From NCBI GenBank assembly GCA_964568145.1, contig CAZMOZ010000002.1, forward strand, positions 178,849-242,848: 64,000 nt of DNA. The letters are read 5' to 3'. The stretch comes from an uncultured Verrucomicrobiota bacterium. Lineage in GTDB: Bacteria > Verrucomicrobiota > Verrucomicrobiia > Limisphaerales > J093. Position numbers and translations under genes: made by a program. Numbering within the stretch: position 1 is the first letter of the stretch; the number at the start of each line of letters is the position of its first letter. This document shows, in pieces, positions 18,650 to 26,600 of this stretch. Below the pieces are notes generated by a model. That model had not been told where the DNA came from. It did no database searches and saw only the letters and a program-made list of their open reading frames with translations.

Positions 18650-19534
18650 TCAGTTGGCCGGCGGCTCGGCGCGCAGGCGGTAAAACCGAACCGGGTCGGG
18701 CGGAAGCGGCATGCTCCCCACGTTGGTCTTGCCCGGCGTCAGACCCGCCACCACCGGAACCCAGTCCGGGCTGTCCAGCGTTTCGGCTGCCTCGATGGAA
18801 TAGTCGGCGTCGGCCCAGACTCCGCTCCACGAGAACTGGATTTGCTCGCCCTGCCGCGTGGCGGACAAATACAGCATACCCGGACCCAACTCGCGAACGA
18901 CGGTGAAACCGAGGGCTGCGAAGGTTGTCTCCGCCCTCTCGGACGCCTCCGCCATCCACTGTTCAACCGCCGAGGGAATTGCATCCAGGTCGCCGGAGAT
19001 AACTTGGGGGAATCCCACCAACTCGACCACACGCCAGGACCACGCCGGAAAGCCCGGCCGATAGAAATCCCGGTTGCTCCAGTCACGGGTCTTCGCCACC
19101 CGGACATGAACAGTGACTCCCTTGTAGTGTGTGGGGGGATCGTCGGGAGGAGGTGGGTACGGCACGTAACGGGTGTTGAGGGGGTCCGTGGCAATCAGCC
19201 AGCGCGCGTGGGCGATGGCCTCCGGATCCGAGAGGGGCAGCACATACGATTCGGGGGGCCGCGCCCCGGGCACCGGAATGCGGGGAATCCGCTCGCCCAC
19301 CAGGAAATAAACGACCGGTTCGGTGCCTGCGGTGACCGCCTGCCCCCAGAGCAGCAGCAGGCCGCCGGCGGCCGCCAGCCGTCTCCACTTCCGGCTGGAA
19401 GGGGGTGTGCTGGGCCCGCGCGGGCTGGCCGGGGGCCGGGAAACCTCCCCGGGCGTGGGGATGCTCACGGGCACGTTGCTGCTCAACGTTGGCTTCCCCC
19501 GGGGAGCAGCTTCCGAGGACTGGGTTGCTTGCAT
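18650..19534 (-). CDS. Secreted hypothetical protein with a C-terminal FYR module
   Basis: ATG 19532-19534 lies 14 nt after the upstream stop, with a GAGGTGA RBS. Hydrophobic WRRLAAAGGLLLLWGQAVTAG. C-terminus ...DPVRFYRLRAEPPAN. Confidence 0.65.
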   Translation of the reverse strand: MQATQSSEAAPRGKPTLSSNVPVSIPTPGEVSRPPASPRGPSTPPSSRKWRRLAAAGGLLLLWGQAVTAGTEPVVYFLVGERIPRIPVPGARPPESYVLPLSDPEAIAHARWLIATDPLNTRYVPYPPPPDDPPTHYKGVTVHVRVAKTRDWSNRDFYRPGFPAWSWRVVELVGFPQVISGDLDAIPSAVEQWMAEASERAETTFAALGFTVVRELGPGMLYLSATRQGEQIQFSWSGVWADADYSIEAAETLDSPDWVPVVAGLTPGKTNVGSMPLPPDPVRFYRLRAEPPAN

Positions 19535-19548
19535 ACTTCACCTCTTGT

Positions 19549-20341
19549 TCAGGGCCACACCAGAAAGTTGCGGCTCCAGTAGAATCCGACGTTCTTGTAG
19601 CTGAAAAATGACTCGCCCACGCTCACCTGCGGTTCTGACGGCGTCCAGCCGTTGCTGCCGTAGGTGTATTCCACATAGCTGCCACCGACCATGCGCCGCA
19701 CCTTGTCGCCCTGCAACACCGGGAAGAGCAGATCGGTGGTCACCCGGCCCGCTTGGGGAATGATCGAGCTGCGAAGCGTCCACCCGTTGTCCACCGGGTT
19801 TGCCCCGTAGCCTTGAACCACCTGGCCGACGAAGGTTAACCCGGCCGGCCCGCCCGGCGGATTGCGGAAGAGAATGCCTTCACCGGGCGTCACGGTCATG
19901 TTCGGGTCGCTCCACTCACCAAGATCAAAAGTGTTGGCCGTCCAACCGGTCGGACCGTATTTGTAAACGGCCGTCCCATCGGGAACACCGGGAAACAGGG
20001 CAACCACCCGATTGTCAGCAGCCGAAAGCGGGTTGGCAATCAGCGCATCTCCCGCGGGGACGGACACGTCAACATAGCCGACGACATTGCATGAGTTTTG
20101 GCGCGGCGGGCCGGAAATCATCGCTCGGTAGAAGGCCTTGCCACCTGAGGCGCCGGAGTCAACATAGTCATAGCTTCCTGCACCAGAAAGAGTAACGTTG
20201 GCGTAACCGGGGACCCATGTCGCCAGATCAGCCGACCGGTCAACCCTTACCTGAGCCGACGCCGGGCCGAGAATTCGAGCACGGAATTGGCTTGCCGGAC
20301 GCTGCAACGTGTTGAGATCGAAGCTTAAACTGGGGGGGGGG
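19549..20341 (-). CDS. Frame-shifted C-terminal continuation of the subtilase (FYR module plus an unknown ~200-aa beta-rich domain)
   Basis: The reading frame becomes meaningful only after the C11 tract at 20332-20342 (APPPSLSFDLNTLQ...KAFYRAMISG...). There is no ATG or GTG with an RBS at the switch. The track ORF part upstream of 20342 overlaps the peptidase out of frame. Confidence 0.5.
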
Positions 20342-22049
20342 GCGCCGTGGGCGGCGGAAAGACCAGCCGGCAGGTGAGTTTGACGGTACCCGCTGCGCCG
20401 TTGTAACCATCCACCGCGACGTGATATGTGGTACCCGGGATCGGGTCGAAGTACACCCGGCTGGTACCACAGCCCCCGGCGTTCGAGGTCACCAAGGTCA
20501 AGGTGGAGACTGAAGTTCCGGTGTAAACCGCAAGCAAGGTGTTGAAACCACTGCCTTCGGTGGACAGCTCCGTGCAGCATTCTTTCCACGCGGTAAATCG
20601 AAACCAGACGGAGCGGCCCCCTGCGTTCCCGGTGTGGTTGGGTTCCCCGGGTTCTTTGGTGGCGTTGACGTTGTTTGCGACCGCCGTTACCCGATCGGCG
20701 TTGAACGGCTGGTTGATCCAGATTGCCTTGGGAAAGTTGTCATTGCCTGGTGGGCGCGGAGGCCAGGTAACCGCGAAGGCGCCGGACAGACTCAGGCGTC
20801 CACCGCTCTGGGAATTGGTCGCGGAGCCGGCGAGGGGATCAACCGTGCTGAGCAGCCGGTTTTTGTGTTCAAGGTACGATTCATACGGGAAGTAGCTCCT
20901 CACCAGCGCCAGCGCCCCGGTGACATGCGGGGCCGCCATTGAGGTGCCGTAAAACCAATCGTAGGCACTGGTCGTTGCGTGGGTCGTCGAATACACACCG
21001 TTCGTTCTGGGCGTGTTCTCCGGAGGCTTGTCACCTCCCGGCGCCCCAAGATGGGCATACGCGGTGCCATGTGCGGAGTAGCTGGCAAGGGTGTCATTGC
21101 GTGTGGTCGCAATGACAGTCAGGATGTTATCCACATGAAAACAAGCTGGCCAATTCCGGGCGTCGTCCAAGTCATATGAGTTGTTACCTGCTGCGGCCAC
21201 AAATAAAATCCCCTGGTTCCGGGCCGCTGCAATGGCCTCCCGGAGAGACTCACTTCCCGCGGTTCCCCAACTCGCGTTAATAATGTGAGCTCTCTTAGCT
21301 ATAGCGTAGTTTACGCACTCGATCGCGTCGGAGACGTCGCCTTCACCAGCTTGGTTCAAAAACTTCAATGCCATCAGTTGCACGCTCCAAGCCACTCCGA
21401 CTACACTGATTCCATCATTGCCACGGGCACCGACGATCCCCGCCACATGACTGCCGTGCCCGCGGTCGTCCATCGGATTACCACTACCAGTGATGGCGTT
21501 GATCCCATAAATGTCGTCCATATAGCCATTACCATCGTCGTCAACGCCGGGTGTCCCGTTCAGCTCGGCCGGGTTCTTCCACATGTTGGCCGCCAGGTCC
21601 TGATGATCATGGCGGATGCCGGAATCAATGACCGCCACGATGATGTTGCCGGCGTCGCGTTTCGTGTCCCAGCCTTCCGGGGCGTCAACGTCGGCGTCCG
21701 CCACCCCACCGTGCCGTCCGGTGTTGTGGAGATTCCACAGCGTCTGGTCGGTAAATTTGGGGTCGTTGGGGTATGTTGCCGCCTCAACGACAGCGTAATC
21801 CGGCTCGGCATACTCAACCAGACCGCTGCTGCGGAAGACGGCGAGGGCCTGTTCAACGGTCATCCCTCGGGGCAATTCCACCACTTCGATGTTACCTATT
21901 CGCTCCCATTTTCTGAGGATGCGCGTACCAAATCGGGTGTGCAAGTTCCCGAGGTTGGGCACGGCGGGTTTGACCAGAATCCGATCGGGGCGATACCGCA
22001 ATGTTTGTTGAGTTTCAGCGTCGAAGGGCAGCCCGAATACAGCAATCAA
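20325..22049 (-). CDS. Subtilisin-family (S8) serine peptidase, catalytic portion
   Basis: Catalytic triad contexts AVIDSGI (Asp), HGSHVAG (His) and GTSMAAPHVTG (Ser). The annotated start is TTG with no signal peptide (see frameshift findings). Confidence 0.85.
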   Translation of the reverse strand: MIAVFGLPFDAETQQTLRYRPDRILVKPAVPNLGNLHTRFGTRILRKWERIGNIEVVELPRGMTVEQALAVFRSSGLVEYAEPDYAVVEAATYPNDPKFTDQTLWNLHNTGRHGGVADADVDAPEGWDTKRDAGNIIVAVIDSGIRHDHQDLAANMWKNPAELNGTPGVDDDGNGYMDDIYGINAITGSGNPMDDRGHGSHVAGIVGARGNDGISVVGVAWSVQLMALKFLNQAGEGDVSDAIECVNYAIAKRAHIINASWGTAGSESLREAIAAARNQGILFVAAAGNNSYDLDDARNWPACFHVDNILTVIATTRNDTLASYSAHGTAYAHLGAPGGDKPPENTPRTNGVYSTTHATTSAYDWFYGTSMAAPHVTGALALVRSYFPYESYLEHKNRLLSTVDPLAGSATNSQSGGRLSLSGAFAVTWPPRPPGNDNFPKAIWINQPFNADRVTAVANNVNATKEPGEPNHTGNAGGRSVWFRFTAWKECCTELSTEGSGFNTLLAVYTGTSVSTLTLVTSNAGGCGTSRVYFDPIPGTTYHVAVDGYNGAAGTVKLTCRLVFPPPTAPPPPV

Positions 22050-22192
22050 CAGTGCCGCTACGGCTGCCCGGGGGGTACACTCTTTTCATAGCACCAAATT
22101 TCTGTATGTGCGGAGGAATGTACAAAACAACCGGTAATCGTCAATGGTTTTTTGTAAGTAGATCTGGAGCAATTGGAGATCCCCGGTACCCA

Positions 22193-22327
22193 CCAGCCCA
22201 GCCACGCGGCGATGCCGGAGCGCCATTGCTGCGACGAGAGGTCGCGCAGGCGGCGGACCGGGCGGGTGGCGTCCGCGGGCTGCGGGGCGGCCGGGGCTGT
22301 GGGCTTGGGCACGCCGGAGGGAAGCAC
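22193..22327 (-). pseudogene. Truncated duplicate of the MFS transporter 5' end (first ~43 codons)
   Basis: MLPSGVPKPTAPAAPQPADATRPVRRLRDLSSQQWRSGIAAWLGW is identical to the start of the 17007-18356 product. Homology stops at 22193. Confidence 0.8.
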
Positions 22328-22446
22328 AAGCTGGCGATTCGCTCAACCCCGGCCGGAGACCGGGCCGGAAGCCGAAACTCAGAAACTCAGGAGTTCGAAT
22401 TTGGAAATCAGGAAAGCAGGCAGACGAAGTCCAAAATCCGAACCTG
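22193..22446. repeat. Direct repeat B (copy of the MFS 5' end plus upstream region)
   Basis: Aligns to 18222-18500. By-eye differences are a few substitutions and an 8-nt aaactcag duplication. Confidence 0.85.
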
Positions 22447-22470
22447 GTGGGGCGAGACTCCGTCGAGCCC
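22446..22470 (+). repeat. R3 core GGTGGGGCGAGACTCCGTCGAGCCC
   Basis: Exact 25-mer, also at 47038-47062, inverted at 36752-36776, and near-exact at 46938-46961 and 56790-56813. Followed by a GGTTCGT-type word tail. Confidence 0.6.
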
Positions 22471-22580
22471 TGCTGCTATGGTACCTGGTACGTGGTTCGT
22501 TGGAGGCGGATACCGGATGCCGGCTTTAGGGGACGCGGACGGCCACGTCCGCGGGCTTTGTTTTTGGCGGGCACCTACTC

Positions 22581-22645
22581 AGCCCGAAAACCGAAGTTGG
22601 CTGTGGCGTTGGGCGTCCCGCCAGCCCAACTTCGGTTTTCCGGTT
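22581..22645. repeat. R1 REP-like hairpin element, copy 2
   Basis: agcccgaaaaccgaagttgg...gggcgtcccgcc...ccaacttcggttttccggtt. Abuts the GH16 stop codon. Confidence 0.75.
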
Positions 22646-23532
22646 CAGCGGGTACCAGGCGGTGGCGGGGCCGGTTTCTTCTTATAGACCTTCACGTAAT
22701 CCACGATGAAGACGTCGGGGAAGACGGTGTGGCGGATTTCCTCCTCGCGGGAGGGAATCTCCATGCTGAGGATCAGGTATTCCTCGATGTGCGACAGGCC
22801 CTGCGTGACCTCGTAATACCGGTAGCCATCCACGAAGAAGACGTACTTCTCGGGGGTCCATTCGAGCGCAAACGTGTGGAAGCCCTCGCTTACGCCCGGC
22901 CGGTGGCTTTGCATGCCGCGTGTGGTCTTCTGGTTCGGCCCGTAAGCCCAGTGGACGTTGTGCGAGACGATGTCGGTGCCCAGCTTGCGGAAAAATTCCA
23001 TGATGTCTATTTCGGCGCCGTACACGGCGGGGTCCTCGCCCTTGGCGATGTCCGGGGACTGGATCCAGAACGCGGCCCAGATGCCCGGCGAGCGCTGGAG
23101 CTGCGCCCGGCACTCGAAGTAGCCGTAACGGGTCTGGAACCGCCCCTGCGTGCCCACCGCCCCGAGCAGGATGCGGCCGTTCTTGCGCAGGGCGCTGAGC
23201 TTCAAAAAGCCATCCTCGACCGCCACGGCCTCCGGCGAGACAAAGCCCAGGGCGCGCGGGCCGACGCCCCGGACTTCCCATTTTTGCGGATCGAGCGCGG
23301 TGCCGTTGAAGTCGTCCTGCCAGAAAAGTTCGTAGCCGAGTTCCCCGGGTGTTTGGCGCGTCTCCGACATCGGGTTTTGCGCGGGCCGTTGCGCATGATA
23401 GTCGGGCAGGCCAGGCCACGCCGCCAGCACCAAGCCGGCAAGAATGGGAAGCAGACAATGCACGCGCGCGAGCCGCCCCCGCCGGAGGCTGCGCGCACAC
23501 GCGACGGAAGACTGGCGGTGGACGCTCGTCAT
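22645..23532 (-). CDS. Glycoside hydrolase family 16 (laminarinase-type beta-glucanase)
   Basis: I chose the start MTSVHRQ at 23530-23532, which gives a signal/anchor LLPILAGLVLAAW. Catalytic AEIDIMEF (ExDxxE). The rest of the track ORF up to 24309 overlaps the giant gene. Confidence 0.88.
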   Translation of the reverse strand: MTSVHRQSSVACARSLRRGRLARVHCLLPILAGLVLAAWPGLPDYHAQRPAQNPMSETRQTPGELGYELFWQDDFNGTALDPQKWEVRGVGPRALGFVSPEAVAVEDGFLKLSALRKNGRILLGAVGTQGRFQTRYGYFECRAQLQRSPGIWAAFWIQSPDIAKGEDPAVYGAEIDIMEFFRKLGTDIVSHNVHWAYGPNQKTTRGMQSHRPGVSEGFHTFALEWTPEKYVFFVDGYRYYEVTQGLSHIEEYLILSMEIPSREEEIRHTVFPDVFIVDYVKVYKKKPAPPPPGTR

Positions 23533-23696
23533 GTGAGGAGTGTGATCTGGCGCGAAAGTGCCCGACCAGCCGGAAGGCCGGCAAGGCCAAAGGCGACGGG
23601 CACACTCGTGGGAACCGGCCGGCAGAGATGCCGGCGTTCCCCGTCCAAGCCAGTGCTGGGCAAAACCGGATTGCTGCTCGATTTTGCGAACCCGGC

Positions 23697-26600
23697 TCAG
23701 GGCAGCAGCACGATCCGGTAGTACTGGGCCGGCGCGCCGTTGTGGCCGGTGTCGGTGAAGGCGGCCTCGGGCCCGGTGGCCGTGACCTGGCCGGCGTTCC
23801 GCCACGGGTCGCTGGCGAGCGCCGCGGCGGCTTCGACGCGATAGCCCCGGCCCGCCACCGCGGTCCAGCGGAGCGTGACTTCGCCCGCCTGCCCAAGCTG
23901 GATGCCGGTCACCCGCGGCGTTTGCGGCGGGGCTGTCTGGTTTGCGGCGCCCGGCGTGGGCGAGCCCAGCTTTGCCGCCATGGAATCCTCGAGGCGTGGC
24001 GCCGGGTAACCGAAGGACTGGTCGGCGCCCAGGCCGGAATATTCGAGGAAGTCCACGACCGCCGGCTGGCCGTTTTGCAGCCGCGACAGCACAACCACGC
24101 CGGCCGGCACGGCGAGGCGGAAGTTCGTGTGCCACTCGGCGGCGGTCGTTTCGCCCTGCTCGGCGTCGGCCCACACCAGCTTGAACTGGCCGGCGGCGAG
24201 GCTGGCGCCGGGTGGGAACGGCCATTTCGCGAGCGCCGCGTAGCTGTCGGACAGATACCACCCGTCCAGCACCGCCGGGGCGGCGCCGTAGTTCGCGAGT
24301 TCGATCCACGGATCGCGGTCGCCGGCGTTGTCGCGGATGCCGGTCTGGTTCACCGCGAGGACTTCGTTGAGGCCGACCGCCGGGAACGGCTCGAGCTTGC
24401 CACGCACGGAATTGGCGTAGCCGGGTGTGTAGCTTTCCCGGCGGACTTCGAGCACGTCCACGCTCACGCCAAAGACGATGTCCGAGCTGCCGGGGTTGGT
24501 CTGGTGGACTTCCACCGCCAGCACGTTCTCGCCGGCGCGCAGGTTGTCCACGGGGATGGTGAACGGCCCTTCGTAGGCTGCGTCGCCGACGGTGCGCGTG
24601 GCCGGGGTGTCGCGTTGCGGAATCTCGCCTTCGGCCATGCCCAGCCAGTAGATCGGCCTGCCGTTGAGGTAGAAGACCGCACCGTCATCGAGCACCGTGT
24701 TGAGCACGAGTGAGGCGCCTTCGGGATTGCCGTCGAAGTTGAACCGGGCGCGGAAGAGATAGCTCATCTGGCCGAGGGTGAGCGGGGTGTTCTTGGCCGC
24801 GGGCAAATCGGCGCCTTCGACGTACAGGAGCGCTTTGCCGCTGGGCCAGGCGGTGTCGCTGTACCCGCGGTTGGTCCAGCCGGGGGCCGGGTCCTCCGCC
24901 GCCTCCCAGTAACGCCAGCCGGCCTCGATGGGGATGAGGTTGCGCGAGGCGTTGGTGCTCTGGCGGGTGACCGCCGCCCAGTTGGCGACGCGCGCGTTGT
25001 CCTGGGCGGGGTCAATCAACTGGAGCGACGGCCCCTGGCCGTTGGCCGCGGCGGGCCACGGCGCCGTGGCGCGGAAGGCCACGCGGTCCACACGCGTTTC
25101 TGGCGTGGGCGCGCTGGAACGGTACAGTTCGATGACGCCGCCGTCCGGGCCGAGTTCGTTCACGTAGTTGCCCAGCAGATTGGTCCGGGCGCCGTAGGCG
25201 GTGGTGAACCTCGCGGTGTCCCGCGCCACGACCAGGAAGCCGCTCGGTGTCAGCCGTGTGCCGGCCGGGAACAGATAGCGCGTGCCGGTGAGCAGCCAGC
25301 CGGACAAATCCCAGGTCGTGTTGGTGGACGCGTTGTGGAGTTCGACGTACTCGGCGCCAGTCACCGCCGGCCGGTACATGATTTCGTTGATGACGATCTT
25401 CGGCTCGGCCACGACCACGACGGTGAACGTCTGGCTGGCCGTCTTGACGTCCTCGGCGTCGTCGGTCACGCGCACGGTGATGACATTGGTGCCCGGACCG
25501 GCGTCGGCGCCGATGGCCCAGGTGAGCACGCCCGAGTTCGCGTCAATGCCGGCGCCGGCGGGCGCGCCGGGCGCGAGGCTGAAGGTGAGCCGTTGCGGCG
25601 GCAGGTCGCTGTCGGTCGCCGTGTTGGTGATGACCAGCAACGTGCCTTCCGACACCGTGCGATCCGCGATGGGCGCGAGCGCCGGCGCTTCGTTGAGTTC
25701 GCGCACGTTCACGCTGAAGGTGCGGGCGGTGGTCTGGTTCGGCGGGTTCACCTCGCTGACGCGCACGACAAAGATGGCGTTCGTGGGGCCGTTGGCTTCA
25801 GAAGTCGGCCAGGTGATGAGTCCGGTGTCCGGATGAATCGAAGCCCCGGACGGCGCCTGGTCGAAGGAGAACCGCAGCGGGCTCGGCGGCATGTCCGGAT
25901 CCGTGGCCGTGACCTGAAGCTGGAAGGTCGCGCCTTCGTCCACGAACTGCGGGTCAATGAATGGCACGTCCGGCGGATTCGGGATTTCGCGGACGGCGAT
26001 CAGAAACGTGCGCGCATCGCTCAACGGCGGCTGGCCGTCATCGGTGACGCGCACGTTGACGTTGGTGGTGCTGCTGCCCAGCGCCTCGGACGGGGTCCAG
26101 GCAAAGCCGCCGTCCTCGCTCAGCGTGGCGCCTTCCGGCGCGTTCGGGCCGAGTGAAAACACGAGCCGGTTCGGTGGCAGGTCGGGATCGCTGGCGGCGA
26201 GTTGCAGCGTGAACAGCGTGCCTTCGTCGGCCACCTGGTCCGGGATGACGGGCAGGACCGGCGGCAGATTGACCTCGGCCACGTCCACCGCGACGCGGAC
26301 CGAGCCGATGCGTTGCGGCGTGCCGTTGTCCGTGGCGAAAATGAGGAAACTGACACGGCCGGGGCCGTCAGCTTCGGCCGGCGTCCACACGAACTGGCCG
26401 GTCACCTCGTCAATCGTGGCGGCGGGCGGGGCGTCGGGCCCGAGGCTGTAGCGCAGGGTTTGTCCGGCGTCGGGGTCGTTGGCCTTGGCGGTGAAGCGCA
26501 GGGCCGCGCCTTCGCCGACCGCCTGGGCGGGGATGGCGGTGAAGACCGGCGGGCGGTTGCCGCCTTCGAGGTAGTTCGGCTGGCGCGGCGTGGGCGTGGC

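Noticed and set aside
19549-20589. 346-aa ORF taken at face value with its ATG at 20587-20589
   Set aside because: The first ~82 codons overlap the subtilase catalytic domain out of frame and look random. Only the part after the C11 tract is protein-like, so I treat it as a frameshifted continuation of the subtilase.
22058-22327. 89-aa ORF as an independent gene
   Set aside because: Its first 45 residues are an exact copy of the MFS transporter N-terminus. The rest reads through the junction into AT-rich non-homologous DNA. It is a truncated duplicate, not a gene.
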